Below, piece after piece: positions 1 to 11,501 of a stretch of DNA of 62,901 nt. The translations under genes and the position numbers were made by a program. The stretch covers positions 1 through 62,901 of the forward strand of contig CASETG010000017.1 in the NCBI GenBank assembly GCA_949290765.1. The letters are read 5' to 3'. Source of the DNA: Oxalobacter formigenes (GTDB taxonomy: Bacteria > Pseudomonadota > Gammaproteobacteria > Burkholderiales > Burkholderiaceae_D). Position 1 is the first letter of the stretch; each line of letters begins with the position of its first letter. The notes beneath the pieces are model-generated. The model did not search any database and was not told the origin of the DNA. It worked only from the letters and a program-made list of their open reading frames with translations.

Positions 1-24
1 ACATACTGAAACAGGGAGAACAGC

Positions 25-1272
25 TTGAGCCGTATGGGACAACGCCGGGTCGTTATTACCGGACTGGGATGTATTTCGCCTGTAGGCAACAATGTAGCTG
101 ATATGTGGAATGCAGTAACATCGGGTAAATCCGGTATTGGACCCATTACCCGATTCGATGCCTCCGCTTTCAGCACGACCTTTGCCGGCGAGGTGAAAAA
201 TTTCCAGCTGGAAGATTATATTCCAGGCAAAGAATCGCGCCACATGGATACATTCATCCACTATGGGATGGCAGCCGGTATCCAGGCTATCGAGGATAGC
301 GGGTTGGTCGTTACGGAAGAAAATGCAGACCGTATCGGCGTCAATATCGGATCGGGCATCGGTGGCTTGCCCATGATCGAAAGAACGCATGCTGAACTGG
401 AAAAACGCGGTCCGCGCCGTATCAGCCCGTTCTTCGTACCGTCCTCGATCATCAACATGATTTCGGGGTTCCTTTCCATCCGTTACGGATTCAAGGGGCC
501 GAATCTTTCGATCGTCACGGCATGCTCGACCGGCTTGCATTCCATCGGGTTCGCCGCGCGTATTATCGCTTACGGTGATGCGGACGTCATGGTTGCAGGC
601 GGTGCCGAATCGACGGTATCCCCGCTTGGAATCGGCGGCTTCGCCTCGGCACGTGCGCTTTCTTCCAGAAACGATGACCCGGCGACGGCTTCCAGACCGT
701 GGGACCGAGACCGTGACGGTTTTGTTCTCGGCGAAGGTGCGGGTGTCCTCGTTCTCGAGGAATATGAACATGCCAAGGCACGCGGTGCCAAAATCTATGC
801 CGAAATCGTCGGCTTTGGCATGAGTGCCGATGCCAACCATATGACCGCTCCGCTGGAAGACGGCAGTGGCGCAAGCCGTTGTATGAGTGCCGCGATCAAC
901 GACGCGCAAATCAATCCGGACCAGGTCAACTATATCAACGCGCATGGTACTTCCACGCCGTTGGGTGACAAGGCGGAAACGGTAGCGGTCAAACGCTCGC
1001 TGGGCGAACATGCCAAGAAGGTCGTGATGAGTTCATCCAAGTCGATGGTCGGCCACCTGCTGGGTGGCGCAGGCGGGCTGGAATCCGTCATTACGGCACT
1101 GGCTGTTTACAATCAGGTCGCGCCTCCGACAATCAATATTTTCAATCAGGATCCGGAATGTGATCTGGACTATTGCGCCAATACGGCAAGAGATATGCGT
1201 ATCGATTACGCACTGAAAAACTCTTTCGGTTTTGGTGGTACCAATGGTTCGCTGATATTCGGCAGGATTTAA
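25..1272 (+). CDS. fabF: 3-oxoacyl-ACP synthase II
   Basis: [10 protein letters not shown]-terminus, TACSTG catalytic Cys, NAHGTST and GHLLG His motifs, NSFGFGG C-terminus; TTG start with GGGAG RBS. Confidence 0.97.
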   Translation: MSRMGQRRVVITGLGCISPVGNNVADMWNAVTSGKSGIGPITRFDASAFSTTFAGEVKNFQLEDYIPGKESRHMDTFIHYGMAAGIQAIEDSGLVVTEENADRIGVNIGSGIGGLPMIERTHAELEKRGPRRISPFFVPSSIINMISGFLSIRYGFKGPNLSIVTACSTGLHSIGFAARIIAYGDADVMVAGGAESTVSPLGIGGFASARALSSRNDDPATASRPWDRDRDGFVLGEGAGVLVLEEYEHAKARGAKIYAEIVGFGMSADANHMTAPLEDGSGASRCMSAAINDAQINPDQVNYINAHGTSTPLGDKAETVAVKRSLGEHAKKVVMSSSKSMVGHLLGGAGGLESVITALAVYNQVAPPTINIFNQDPECDLDYCANTARDMRIDYALKNSFGFGGTNGSLIFGRI

Positions 1273-1289
1273 GACTTCAGGGTTTTGGC

Positions 1290-1330
1290 AAAGCCACATT
1301 CACGGCAAGTGAATGTGGCTTTTGTTTTTT
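1290..1330 (+). terminator. Intrinsic terminator after fabF
   Basis: 14-bp perfect stem AAAGCCACATTCAC / GTGAATGTGGCTTT with GGCAA loop, followed by a T-rich tract. Confidence 0.85.
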
Positions 1331-1343
1331 CCGGTTGCACACA

Positions 1344-1838
1344 ATGTCCGTCGCAGTTTCCGTACAGATAAAACCTTCACGATACCTTGTCATGCTGATG
1401 GCAGCGATGGCGCTCGTTTTTCTTCTGACAGGCGCATTGGTTTTATGCGACGGTCTGGGCGCTTTTATACCGTACGCGAAGCCGGTGCTGGTTTGCGTGT
1501 TCCTGTCGGCAGCCGCAATGCTGTGTTGTGCGCTTTTCAGAATGGGAAAAACGTATACGCTTGATATTTACGGAAACGGACAAATCCGTTTGAAGCAAGA
1601 TAAACGGTATGAGTTCGTGACTTCTGCAAAAAAAAATCCTGAACGGGAAAACGGTATCCTGAAACTGTCGGAACAGTCGACGGTCTGGTCGTGGCTGCTG
1701 GTTTTGTACCTCGAAGCCGAATCAGGCAAGACGACAAGACTCATCGTTTTGCCTGATTCGGTACCGCCTGAGGTATTCAGAAAACTTTATGTCGCATGCA
1801 GGTGGATCGATGCTCATAAAAAATCCGGTTTTTCATGA
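1344..1838 (+). CDS. YgfX/CptA-like inner membrane protein
   Basis: Start moved to ATG 1344 (MSVAVSVQIKPSR); two TM helices; C-terminal LIVLPDSV..FRKLYVACRW motif; located between fabF and rpoE as in related genomes. Confidence 0.7.
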   Translation: MSVAVSVQIKPSRYLVMLMAAMALVFLLTGALVLCDGLGAFIPYAKPVLVCVFLSAAAMLCCALFRMGKTYTLDIYGNGQIRLKQDKRYEFVTSAKKNPERENGILKLSEQSTVWSWLLVLYLEAESGKTTRLIVLPDSVPPEVFRKLYVACRWIDAHKKSGFS

Positions 1839-1901
1839 ACATATTGCACTGATGTAACGCACGACGGTTACGGACAGTTGCATGAAATGAGGTATCCGAT
1901 C

Positions 1902-2504
1902 GTGGCGACTGAACGTGACATAGACAAACAGCTGATCGAGCGTGTCCGGCAAGGTGACAAAATGGCTTTCGATACGCTGGTGACCAAATATGAGCGGAGA
2001 GTGTTCAGGCTGGTCATGCGACTGCTCGGCAACCCGAGTGAAGCCGAAGACGTGGTGCAGGAAACGTTTATCAAGGCTTACCGTGCGTTGCCGCAGTTCA
2101 GGGGCGACTCCGCGTTCTATACCTGGTTGTACCGTATCGGCATCAATACAGCACGTAATTTTCTCGATACACGCGGAAGGCAGGTTCCGTTTTCGGCTGA
2201 TATACGTGCCGAGGATGTTTCTTTCCATGAAGAAGGGGGAAACCTCAGGGATATCGAAACACCGGAATCGGTCCTGGCATCCAAACAGGTGGCGCAGACC
2301 GTCAGCATGGCAATGGACGAATTGCCTGAGGATTTGAGAACGGCATTGTCATTGAGGGAAATCGAGGGGTTGAGTTACGATGAAATCGCCTCGGTCATGG
2401 CTTGTCCGATCGGTACGGTCAGAAGCCGGATTTTCCGTGCGCGTGAATCCATCGCGACAAGATTGCGGCCATTGCTGGGAACATCGGCACATATACGCTG
2501 GTAG
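1902..2504 (+). CDS. rpoE: ECF sigma factor sigma-E
   Basis: DVVQETFIKAYRALPQFRGDSAFYTWLYRIGIN and GLSYDEIASVMACPIGTVRSRIFRARE motifs; GTG start with GAGGT RBS. Confidence 0.95.
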   Translation: MATERDIDKQLIERVRQGDKMAFDTLVTKYERRVFRLVMRLLGNPSEAEDVVQETFIKAYRALPQFRGDSAFYTWLYRIGINTARNFLDTRGRQVPFSADIRAEDVSFHEEGGNLRDIETPESVLASKQVAQTVSMAMDELPEDLRTALSLREIEGLSYDEIASVMACPIGTVRSRIFRARESIATRLRPLLGTSAHIRW

Positions 2505-2686
2505 TCGGGATTCAGGCCGTTGCCGTGCCCGTTTCACGGAGCCATCCTCGCGGCGTGCGTATGTACTTGTGCAGATTGAAACACGAGCATGTACAATGCC
2601 TACAATAAATCCGGTAGGGTGACCTGTTTTGTTCCGGCATGAGGCCGGACAGGTTGTCATGTGGGCGTTTTTCGAGAGTTTGAGTC

Positions 2687-4144
2687 ATGAAAGTACGATA
2701 TTTCCGTTTTTTTCGCAGGTTGATATGCCTTTTTGCAGGTGTTCTGGTATTGTCCATGCCGATGCAGACGGTTTTCGGTGCTTCTGCCGGAATGGTAAAC
2801 GGTTTGCCGGACTTGACGGCGCTGGTTGAAAAAGTGGGGCCTGCCGTCGTCAATATCAGGACGGTGGAAAAAATTCAGGCAAGGCGCAATCCCGTATATG
2901 AAATGGATGAAAATTTCCAGGAATACCTGTTCCGTTTTTTCGGTGTGCCGCGTCCTGACAGTCCGCAGGCACAGCAGCAGCAAAAAGAACAGATACGCCG
3001 CGGGATGGGGTCGGGATTCATCATCACGCCGGATGGATACGTGCTGACCAATCACCATGTCATCGACAATGCTGACGAAGTATTCGTCAGGCTGACGGAT
3101 AATCGTGAATTCAAGGCCAAAGTCGTCGGCTCCGACAAACGGACGGACGTGGCCCTGCTGAAAATCGAAGGAAATAATTTGCCGTATCTGAAAACCGGTA
3201 AATCATCCGCTATCCGTGCCGGCGAATGGGTGCTGGCAATCGGTTCTCCGTTTGCGCTTGAAAATACCGTGACGGCCGGTATCATCTCGGCCAAGGCGAG
3301 AGATACGGGCGATTATTTGCCGCTTATCCAGACGGATGTCGCGGTCAATCCCGGCAATTCCGGCGGCCCCCTCATCAATATGGCCGGTGAGGCAATCGGA
3401 ATCAATTCGCAGATTTACAGCCGTTCCGGCGGATATATGGGGATTTCGTTCGCAGTGCCGATCGACGAAGCGCTTCGCGTATCCGAACAGCTGAAGGCAC
3501 ATGGAAAAGTGACACGCGGTCAAATCGGTGTACAGATCGGTGAACTGAACGAGGAAACAGCCAAGGCGCTGAATCTGCAAAACAGGCAGGGTGCGCTTGT
3601 TGTGCGGGTCGAAGAAGGCTCACCTGCCGGCAAGGCTGGGCTGGAAGCGGGCGATATTATCCTGAAATTCAACGGCCAGACGATAGACAAGATTTCGGAA
3701 TTGCCCAGGCTGGTCGGCGAGACGACGCCCGGCAAGACGGTAGAGCTGTCCGTATGGCGCAAGGGGAAAACCATGACGATGCCGATAACGGTATCGGCCA
3801 TCGAGTCAGACGCTTCTCCTGCCAAACAAAAGAGTGGCGACAGTCGCAATCCTGCGCTTGCATCACAGGTGCTCGGTTTGTCCGTGGCGGATATGACGGC
3901 ATCGCAGAAGAAAAGTTATGGTGTGAAACAGGGGGTTGTGGTCACGGCTGTCGGCAATCCTGCGGCAGCCAGCGGTATCCGGCGCGGGGATATTATCCTG
4001 CGTGTCAACAATACGGATGTTTCAGGCCAGAGCGAATTTCAGCGGCTGGTTTCAGGTCTTGACACGAAAAAGGCTGTCGTGTTGCTTATCCAGAGAAACA
4101 ACATGATTTCCTATGTCACGGTCAAGCCCGAGGGCAATCGGTGA
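2687..4144 (+). CDS. degP: HtrA/DegP (MucD-like) periplasmic serine endoprotease with two PDZ domains
   Basis: Signal peptide; GSGFII, LTNHHV, TDVALLK and GNSGGPL trypsin motifs; two PDZ domains. Confidence 0.92.
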   Translation: MKVRYFRFFRRLICLFAGVLVLSMPMQTVFGASAGMVNGLPDLTALVEKVGPAVVNIRTVEKIQARRNPVYEMDENFQEYLFRFFGVPRPDSPQAQQQQKEQIRRGMGSGFIITPDGYVLTNHHVIDNADEVFVRLTDNREFKAKVVGSDKRTDVALLKIEGNNLPYLKTGKSSAIRAGEWVLAIGSPFALENTVTAGIISAKARDTGDYLPLIQTDVAVNPGNSGGPLINMAGEAIGINSQIYSRSGGYMGISFAVPIDEALRVSEQLKAHGKVTRGQIGVQIGELNEETAKALNLQNRQGALVVRVEEGSPAGKAGLEAGDIILKFNGQTIDKISELPRLVGETTPGKTVELSVWRKGKTMTMPITVSAIESDASPAKQKSGDSRNPALASQVLGLSVADMTASQKKSYGVKQGVVVTAVGNPAAASGIRRGDIILRVNNTDVSGQSEFQRLVSGLDTKKAVVLLIQRNNMISYVTVKPEGNR

Positions 4145-4262
4145 TTGCGGTGCCGGAATGCGCCGGCCGGATATGAGGCCGTTATTTTGCCGGGTATCCG
4201 TGCTAAAATGAAAAGCTAGTCTTTTTTTGGATTTCTATTTCAGATAGTGGAGTTTTGTCAAA

Positions 4263-4688
4263 ATGGCAGTTGAACGTACCTTGTCAATCGTTAAGCCTGA
4301 TGCAGTCGCCAAGAATGTAATCGGCAAGATTTATACCCGTTTTGAAGATGCGGGACTGAAAATCGTCGCAGCTCGCATGGTGCAGCTGTCCCGTCCGGAA
4401 GCGGAAGGCTTTTATGCCGTACACAAAGAACGTCCTTTTTTCAATGATCTGGTCGAATTCATGATTTCCGGCCCTGTTATGGTACAGGTTCTGGAAGGTG
4501 AAAACGCCATCGCGAAAAATCGTGAACTGATGGGCGCTACCGACCCGAAAAAGGCGGAAAAGGGAACCATCCGTGCCGATTTTGCCGATTCGATCGATGC
4601 CAACGCCGTTCATGGCTCGGATGCGCCGGAAACCGCAGCCGTTGAAATCGCCTATTTCTTCCCGTCGATGCAGATTTGCGTCCGTTGA
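4263..4688 (+). CDS. ndk: Nucleoside diphosphate kinase
   Basis: [12 protein letters not shown] start and NAVHGSD catalytic His motif. Confidence 0.98.
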   Translation: MAVERTLSIVKPDAVAKNVIGKIYTRFEDAGLKIVAARMVQLSRPEAEGFYAVHKERPFFNDLVEFMISGPVMVQVLEGENAIAKNRELMGATDPKKAEKGTIRADFADSIDANAVHGSDAPETAAVEIAYFFPSMQICVR

Positions 4689-4751
4689 TATTGCCATTTC
4701 CTGTGTTCGCCGTGAACAGGGCGAACACAGGACATCGTGTCAGGTATATCC

Positions 4752-5915
4752 ATGAATGAAGCGCGCACAAACCTGTTGGGTTTCAGCCCTGCCGAGCTGA
4801 TAGACTATTGCGGGACGCTGGATGAAAAACCCTTTCGTGCCAAACAGCTTCAGCGCTGGATTCACCAGTTCGGCGTAAGCGACTTCACCGGTATGACCGA
4901 TCTGGCGAAGTCGCTTCGCGGCAAGCTGGAAAAATATGCCGAAATCAGGGCGCCGGCCGTTATCCGCGACCATACATCGGCTGACGGTACCCGGAAATGG
5001 CTACTCGATGTGGGGCAGGGCAATGCCATCGAAACGGTCTATATTCCCGAAGACAACCGCGGAACCCTCTGCGTTTCCACGCAGGCAGGGTGTGCAGTCA
5101 ACTGTCTGTTCTGTTCGACGGGAAAGCAGGGTTTCAGCCGCAATCTGACAGCCGCTGAAATCATCGGTCAGCTGTGGATGGCCGAATTTGCGTTGCGTCG
5201 CGCGAAGAATATGCCGGAAGGCAAGGGAGAACGGCAGATTTCCAATGTCGTGATGATGGGCATGGGGGAACCTCTGTTCAATTTCGATGCGAGTGTCAGT
5301 GCCCTGAGACTGATGCTTGACGACAACGCATATGGTCTGTCCAGACGCCGGGTAACGGTATCGACGAGCGGCGTCGTTCCCATGATCGACAGACTGGCAA
5401 GGGAATGCCCGGTCGCACTGGCCGTTTCGTTGCATGCGACGAACGACCCATTGCGTGACAAGCTGGTGCCGCTCAACCGCAAACATCCCTTGCCGGAACT
5501 GATGGCGGCCTGTCGCCGTTATCTGGAATATGCGCCGCGTGATTTCATTACGTTCGAATATTGCATGCTTGACGGTATCAACGATACGGACGCACATGCG
5601 AAGGAACTGGTGCGGCTGGTTCAGACAGGTCCCGATCCGGTATCATGCAAGCTGAATCTGATTCCGTTCAATTCCATTCCGATGCCCGGACTGAAACGCT
5701 CGAGCGACGAGCGGATTGCTGCTTTTGCGAAGATTCTTCAGGATGCCGGTATCGTGACGACGGTGCGGAAAACACGCGGTGAAGATATCGATGCCGCTTG
5801 CGGATTGCTGGCAGGCGAGATCAAGGATCGGACAAGAGTGAAAGAAAGAATGGCAGAAAGCGGAATGATGCCCGTATCGATTGTTCAAGATTACCGTTTC
5901 CAGAGTAATTGCTGA
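4752..5915 (+). CDS. rlmN: 23S rRNA m2A2503 / tRNA radical SAM methyltransferase
   Basis: CAVNCLFC radical SAM motif, MGMGEP, DIDAACG; follows ndk. Confidence 0.96.
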   Translation: MNEARTNLLGFSPAELIDYCGTLDEKPFRAKQLQRWIHQFGVSDFTGMTDLAKSLRGKLEKYAEIRAPAVIRDHTSADGTRKWLLDVGQGNAIETVYIPEDNRGTLCVSTQAGCAVNCLFCSTGKQGFSRNLTAAEIIGQLWMAEFALRRAKNMPEGKGERQISNVVMMGMGEPLFNFDASVSALRLMLDDNAYGLSRRRVTVSTSGVVPMIDRLARECPVALAVSLHATNDPLRDKLVPLNRKHPLPELMAACRRYLEYAPRDFITFEYCMLDGINDTDAHAKELVRLVQTGPDPVSCKLNLIPFNSIPMPGLKRSSDERIAAFAKILQDAGIVTTVRKTRGEDIDAACGLLAGEIKDRTRVKERMAESGMMPVSIVQDYRFQSNC

Positions 5916-6008
5916 AACGGTGCCGGAAGTATCGCTGTTGTCTATCGGACAACGATATGAACTTTCTCGGGATTGGTGCAAGTGCTTTTTTCTAGGATGG
6001 TGCTTTAA

Positions 6009-7019
6009 ATGGACAACGTACAGAGCGATAAAACAGAAAAGATCTCACAGCAGACCGCCACGGAAGCAGGTGCGGATACCGGCGCCATGCCTGAGGGGGA
6101 CGACAAACAGAAACCGGGTGCCATTCTTGCTGCCAAACGCAAGGCAGATGGCATTGCCGAAGAACAGATTGCATCACGACTCAAAATGACGTTGCGACAG
6201 TTGCGGGCGCTGGAAGCGGATGACTACGATGCCTTGCATGGAATCGCCATTTCACGTGGATTCGTTCGTGCCTATGCTCGCGTCCTGAAAATCGATCCGG
6301 AACCGCTTGTCGCGATGTTCGGTGAAAGCAATCCGTATGCAGCGACACCGGTCAAAACGGTATCGACACGAGCGGGAGAACCTTTCGTGCAGAATCAGGT
6401 TACTTTCCGAAAGAAGGGCAATCTGACCGGCAAAATCGTCATTTTCCTGATTGTCCTGGTGATCGCGGGTATCGTCGCATGGAACATGAAACTGTTCTCG
6501 CCTGATCGGCAGGCGAAAACGGATAAACAGCCTGTTGCATCCGCTCCTGCAGCGACTTCGGTGCAGGAAACGTCGCCGGAAGCGAAGGTGCAGGAGCAGA
6601 AGACGCAGGAAAATACGCAAGCTGTTCCGGAAAAGGGACAGGAAAGCCAGCGGACAAGTGCCGATGGCGGCAATGAAAAAACGGCAGCGCAAACCGCAGC
6701 GGTTGTTCAGCCTTCGGAAAACAGGGGCAATCAGGCGAAATCCGGACAGGTGGCGGCTGTTACTGCAGCCGTATCGAATGCCTCTTCACGGCTGAATATG
6801 AATTTCACGGAAAAGTCATGGGTTCGTGTTCAGGGCCAGGATGGCACCGTGCTGGCTGAATATATGGGGCTGGCGGGTGAACAGCGTTCGCTGGATGTCA
6901 ATGGTCCGGTGACGGTTATCGTGGGCTATGCGCCCGGAGTCAGTATGACGTTCAGGGGGGCACCCGTCGATCTGGCATCGCGTACCGTCAATTCGGTGGC
7001 GCGGGTCAGTCTCAAGTAA
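6009..7019 (+). CDS. rodZ: Cytoskeleton protein RodZ (HTH, TM, DUF4115)
   Basis: N-terminal HTH with RGFVRAYARVL, single TM helix, low-complexity linker, C-terminal beta domain; synteny. Confidence 0.9.
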   Translation: MDNVQSDKTEKISQQTATEAGADTGAMPEGDDKQKPGAILAAKRKADGIAEEQIASRLKMTLRQLRALEADDYDALHGIAISRGFVRAYARVLKIDPEPLVAMFGESNPYAATPVKTVSTRAGEPFVQNQVTFRKKGNLTGKIVIFLIVLVIAGIVAWNMKLFSPDRQAKTDKQPVASAPAATSVQETSPEAKVQEQKTQENTQAVPEKGQESQRTSADGGNEKTAAQTAAVVQPSENRGNQAKSGQVAAVTAAVSNASSRLNMNFTEKSWVRVQGQDGTVLAEYMGLAGEQRSLDVNGPVTVIVGYAPGVSMTFRGAPVDLASRTVNSVARVSLK

Positions 7020-7025
7020 CCGGAT

Positions 7026-8294
7026 ATGGCAATGTGTTCCGAACCGCTGGTCGCCGGTGTGATGCCTAGGCGACAGACGTATGGCGTACAGGTCAGATAC
7101 CGTGACAATATCGTGAATATCGGCCAGGGTGCGCCTGTCGTGGTGCAATCCATGACCAATACCGATACGGCGGATGTGGATGCTACGGTTCGTCAGGTGA
7201 TGGCGCTGGCGGATGCAGGTTCCGAACTAGTGCGCATGACGGTGAATACGCCGGAAGCGGCACAGGCCGTTCCATCGATTCGCGAGCGGCTGGATGCGTC
7301 GGGTTATGATGTGCCGCTGGTCGGAGACTTTCATTACAACGGGCATTTGTTGCTGACGCAATTCACGGAATGTGCGCAGGCGTTGTCCAAATACCGTATC
7401 AATCCGGGTAATGTCGGTCAGGGTGCGAAAAGAGACCTTCATTTCGGGGATATGATCGAAGTGGCTTGCCGCCATGACAGGCCGGTTCGCATCGGTGTGA
7501 ACTGGGGCAGTCTCGACCAGTGGGTGCTGGAGCGACTCATGGATGAGAACGCGCGACGTCCCCGGCCATGGCCGGTTCAGAGTGTGATGTACGAGGCGTT
7601 GATCGCTTCTGCCGTCGAAAGCGCGGACAGGGCCGTGCAATGGGGATTGCCGGCGGATCATATCGTATTGTCATGCAAGGTATCGGGCGTGCAGGATCTG
7701 GTCACGGTTTATCGGGAATTGTCGCGCCGTTGCCGTTATGCGCTGCATCTCGGATTGACAGAGGCAGGTGTGGGCAGCAAGGGAATCGTCGCTTCGGTAG
7801 CGGCATTGTCCGTGTTGTTGCAGGAAGGAATTGGCGATACAATCCGCATTTCGCTGACACCCGGTCCGGGAGAACCGCGGACGAAAGAAGTCGTTGTGGC
7901 ACAGGAACTGCTGCAAACGATGGGGTTGCGCAATTTCATTCCCATGGTGGTATCGTGTCCCGGATGCGGTCGGACATCATCCGATCTTTTCCAGAAACTG
8001 GCCGGCAATACCCAGAATTTCCTGCGAGAACAGATGCCTGACTGGAAACGGCGTTTCCCGGGGGTGGAAACGATGCGTGTGGCGGTGATGGGATGTATCG
8101 TCAACGGCCCGGGTGAATCGCGTCATGCAGATATCGGCATCAGCCTGCCTGGAAGGGGCGAATCGCCTGCCGTTCCCGTGTTCGCAGACGGCAAAAAAAC
8201 GGCGACTTTGCGCGGTGACGATATTGACAGGCAGTTTCAGCAAATGATTGTGGAATATGTGGCATCCCGGTTCGGGAAAAAGCTAACAGATTGA
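7026..8294 (+). CDS. ispG: 4-hydroxy-3-methylbut-2-en-1-yl diphosphate synthase
   Basis: [31 protein letters not shown] and [10 protein letters not shown] motifs. Confidence 0.97.
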   Translation: MAMCSEPLVAGVMPRRQTYGVQVRYRDNIVNIGQGAPVVVQSMTNTDTADVDATVRQVMALADAGSELVRMTVNTPEAAQAVPSIRERLDASGYDVPLVGDFHYNGHLLLTQFTECAQALSKYRINPGNVGQGAKRDLHFGDMIEVACRHDRPVRIGVNWGSLDQWVLERLMDENARRPRPWPVQSVMYEALIASAVESADRAVQWGLPADHIVLSCKVSGVQDLVTVYRELSRRCRYALHLGLTEAGVGSKGIVASVAALSVLLQEGIGDTIRISLTPGPGEPRTKEVVVAQELLQTMGLRNFIPMVVSCPGCGRTSSDLFQKLAGNTQNFLREQMPDWKRRFPGVETMRVAVMGCIVNGPGESRHADIGISLPGRGESPAVPVFADGKKTATLRGDDIDRQFQQMIVEYVASRFGKKLTD

Positions 8295-8312
8295 AGAAAA
8301 ACAGTTAAAAAC

Positions 8313-9677
8313 ATGTCGGAAGAAAACAAGACAAAAAAGGTCAGAAAAATCCTGGGGATCAAGGGAATGAACGATATTCTTCCCGATGAATCGCCGCTTT
8401 GGGAATTGCTGGAAAATACCGTCGAATCGGTGCTGAAAAGTTATGGCTACCAGCGTATCAGGACGCCTATCGTTGAGGAGACGGCGCTTTTTGCTCGCGG
8501 ACTGGGTGCGGTCACCGATATTGTGGAAAAGGAAATGTATTCCTTCGAGGATTCATTGAACGGTGACCAACTGACGTTGCGTCCGGAATGTACCGCAGGT
8601 GTCGTGCGAGCCGTACTGGAACATAATCTGACATACAATGGCCCGAAACGCTTGTGGTATACCGGTCCGATGTTCCGGCACGAGCGTCCGCAGCGTGGTC
8701 GCTATCGCCAGTTTCACCAGATCGGTGCCGAAGCGGTCGGTTTTCCGGGACCGGATATCGATGCCGAACTGATTTTGTTGTGCCGTCGCTTGTGGGACGA
8801 TCTCGGTCTGGACAATATCAGGCTGGAGCTCAATTCGATCGGCAATGCCGAGGAGCGCAACCGTCACCGCAGCGATTTGATTGCCTATTTCGAACAGAAT
8901 CTGGATTTGCTGGATATGGATGCACGGCGCAGGTTGCACAGCAATCCCTTGCGCATTCTGGATACGAAGAATCCGCATATGCAGGATATGGTCAATGCAG
9001 CGCCGAAGCTGCTGGATTATCTGGGACCGGATTCGCTGGCGCATTTCGAGGGCGTGCAGAAGATATTGCAACGCAACAATGTGCCTTTCACGATCAATCC
9101 GAGACTGGTTCGCGGGATGGACTACTACAACCGGACGGTTTTCGAGTGGATCAGCGAGGAACTGGGTGCGCAGGGAACCGTTTGCGGGGGTGGCCGGTAC
9201 GATCCGCTTTTTGAAATGTTCGGTGGTCGTCCCACGCCGTCATGCGGTTTTGCCATGGGTGTCGAACGCCTGATCGAACTGCTCAAGGCCAAGAGCGATA
9301 TGGCGCTGTCCAGCAAGGTCGATGTATTTATCGCCCATCAGGGGGACGAGGCATTGCTGGAAGCCACGGTACTGGCGGAATCGCTGCGCAATACCGGACT
9401 GGATGTCGTCCTCTACTGTACGGCGATGAATTCCGGCGGCAGTTTCAAGGCGCAGATGAAACGTGCGGATGAAAGCGGCGCTGCGTTTGCCATTCTGATC
9501 GGCGAAGATGAAATCAAAAGCGGTCAGGCCAGTGTCAAGGCATTGCGTGCCGGCAAGGATGGCGAGAACCAGTCTGCGGTGCCCTTCGAAAATGTCGCCG
9601 ATTATCTGGTCGAACAGATTGTCGGCGAATGCGAGTGTGGTGACGGGCATTCGTCACATGGTCATTGTATTCATTGA
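8313..9677 (+). CDS. hisS: Histidyl-tRNA synthetase
   Basis: [29 protein letters not shown] and GGRYD motifs. Confidence 0.98.
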   Translation: MSEENKTKKVRKILGIKGMNDILPDESPLWELLENTVESVLKSYGYQRIRTPIVEETALFARGLGAVTDIVEKEMYSFEDSLNGDQLTLRPECTAGVVRAVLEHNLTYNGPKRLWYTGPMFRHERPQRGRYRQFHQIGAEAVGFPGPDIDAELILLCRRLWDDLGLDNIRLELNSIGNAEERNRHRSDLIAYFEQNLDLLDMDARRRLHSNPLRILDTKNPHMQDMVNAAPKLLDYLGPDSLAHFEGVQKILQRNNVPFTINPRLVRGMDYYNRTVFEWISEELGAQGTVCGGGRYDPLFEMFGGRPTPSCGFAMGVERLIELLKAKSDMALSSKVDVFIAHQGDEALLEATVLAESLRNTGLDVVLYCTAMNSGGSFKAQMKRADESGAAFAILIGEDEIKSGQASVKALRAGKDGENQSAVPFENVADYLVEQIVGECECGDGHSSHGHCIH

Positions 9678-9688
9678 GTGAGACGAAA

Positions 9689-10336
9689 ATGGCTTACGAT
9701 TTGGAAGAACAGGAACAACTGGAAACCATCAAGGCATGGTGGAAAAAGCATGGCAACTGGATTACCTGGGTGCTGATTATTGCCCTGGGTTGCTATGCGG
9801 CTTATGCCTATTGGGGATATTACCAGCGCAAACAGGCTGCACAGGCTTCGCAGCTGTATTATGAAATGCAAAATGCCGTCATGGCCGATGACAATGAAAG
9901 GGCCTTGCGTGTCGCGAAAGATACGCAGGAAAAATTCGGCAGTACAGCATATGCGCCGATGGTCACGCTCGTCGCAGCCAAAATGGCATATGAAGACAAC
10001 AATACCGATGTGGCCAAGGAGCAGCTCAAATGGGTTGTCGATAATGCCAAACAGGATGGCTACAAGGCGATTGCCCGTATCAGGCTGGCCGGCATATTGC
10101 TTGACGAGAAAGCCTATGACGAAGGCTTGAGCCTGCTGTCGGTCAGTTTCCCTGCAGCTTTCGCCAGTCTGGCGGAAGACAGAAAGGGTGATTTCTATGT
10201 GGCGCAGAACCGGCTTGACGAAGCCAGGGCAGCCTATCGTGCCGCTTTGGAAAAAGCGGACCAGGCCGATCCTGGAAGGCAGCTGATTCAGCTCAAGCTG
10301 GAAGAACTGGGTATTTCACCTGATGCCAAAGGATGA
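9689..10336 (+). CDS. yfgM: YfgM family TPR ancillary SecYEG subunit
   Basis: MAYDLEEQEQLETIKAWW start, one TM helix, TPR-like helices; lies between hisS and bamB. Confidence 0.93.
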   Translation: MAYDLEEQEQLETIKAWWKKHGNWITWVLIIALGCYAAYAYWGYYQRKQAAQASQLYYEMQNAVMADDNERALRVAKDTQEKFGSTAYAPMVTLVAAKMAYEDNNTDVAKEQLKWVVDNAKQDGYKAIARIRLAGILLDEKAYDEGLSLLSVSFPAAFASLAEDRKGDFYVAQNRLDEARAAYRAALEKADQADPGRQLIQLKLEELGISPDAKG

Positions 10337-10340
10337 TTCC

Positions 10341-11498
10341 GTGAAAAAGTTGTTGAGAACGATACTTGTATGGGCAGGCATGGCATTGTCGCTGTCGTTG
10401 GGTGGTTGTGCCATCTATGACTGGTTTTCGGATCCGCCACCGAGAAATCCGCCTGCCGAACTGGTACAGTTTTCACCATCCAGGACACCTCACCGTATCT
10501 GGTCAGTCAATGTCGGGTCGGCGGGGAACTATGTTTTTTCGCCGGCTGTTGTTTTTGACGCGGTTTATGCCGCTGCGGCGGATGGTACTGTGGTTCGTGT
10601 CGATCCTTCAAACGGTGCGGAAGTCTGGCGTCGCGATGTTGATACGGATTTGACGGCAGGTGTCGCCAGCGACGGGACTACGGTGGTTGTCGCCGGCGTG
10701 AAAGGTTCGCTGATTGCACTGGATTCCGGTGGCAACGAAAAGTGGAAAGTCCCTGTCTCGACCGAAATCCTGACAGCGCCGATTATCGCGCATGGACTGG
10801 TGGTCGTACGCAGCATAGACAACAAGATCGCTGCATATGACGTCGATACCGGCGAACGGCGCTGGGTTGTGCCGTACCGTGCGCCTGCGCTGATGTTGCG
10901 TGCCTCGCCGGGTATCGCGACTGTCGGACCGACGGCGATCGTTGCATTGCCGGGCGGACGTATGATTTCGATGATGCTCAATAATGGCGCCATTCGCTGG
11001 GAAATTCCGATCGGCGACCCGAAAGGTGCGACGGAACTGGAACGTATTGCCGATATGTCAGGCACACCGGCCATTTATGGACAGGGCGTTTGCGTAGCGG
11101 CCTATCAGGGACGTATGGGATGCTTTGACGTTGTGTCCGGCTCGACTTTCTGGGTCAAGGGATTCTCGAGCAAGGTCGGCGTCAGTATCGATGAAGAACA
11201 TGTTTATGCCGTCGATACGGACGACAAGGTTTACGCATTTTCCAATTTGCGTGGCCAGAGCGTCTGGCGCAATGACAAGATGACCTACCGGAATCTGACG
11301 ACGCCCGTTCCATACCGCTCGGATGTCGCAGTCGGAGACGGTCAGGGATTTGTTCATTTCCTCTCGCGTTATGACGGTTCGTTCGACGCACGGATAGAAA
11401 CGGATGGCTCGCCCATTCTGGCGACGCCTGTTGTGCTGGGCGAGCGACTGATCGTGCAGACACAGGATGGGTCGTTGCAGGCATTTACCCTGGATTGA
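10341..11498 (+). CDS. bamB: Outer membrane protein assembly lipoprotein BamB
   Basis: Lipobox LGGC, PQQ-like beta-propeller repeats, GATELERIAD motif; GTG start. Confidence 0.93.
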   Translation: MKKLLRTILVWAGMALSLSLGGCAIYDWFSDPPPRNPPAELVQFSPSRTPHRIWSVNVGSAGNYVFSPAVVFDAVYAAAADGTVVRVDPSNGAEVWRRDVDTDLTAGVASDGTTVVVAGVKGSLIALDSGGNEKWKVPVSTEILTAPIIAHGLVVVRSIDNKIAAYDVDTGERRWVVPYRAPALMLRASPGIATVGPTAIVALPGGRMISMMLNNGAIRWEIPIGDPKGATELERIADMSGTPAIYGQGVCVAAYQGRMGCFDVVSGSTFWVKGFSSKVGVSIDEEHVYAVDTDDKVYAFSNLRGQSVWRNDKMTYRNLTTPVPYRSDVAVGDGQGFVHFLSRYDGSFDARIETDGSPILATPVVLGERLIVQTQDGSLQAFTLD

Positions 11499-11501
11499 AA
11501 A

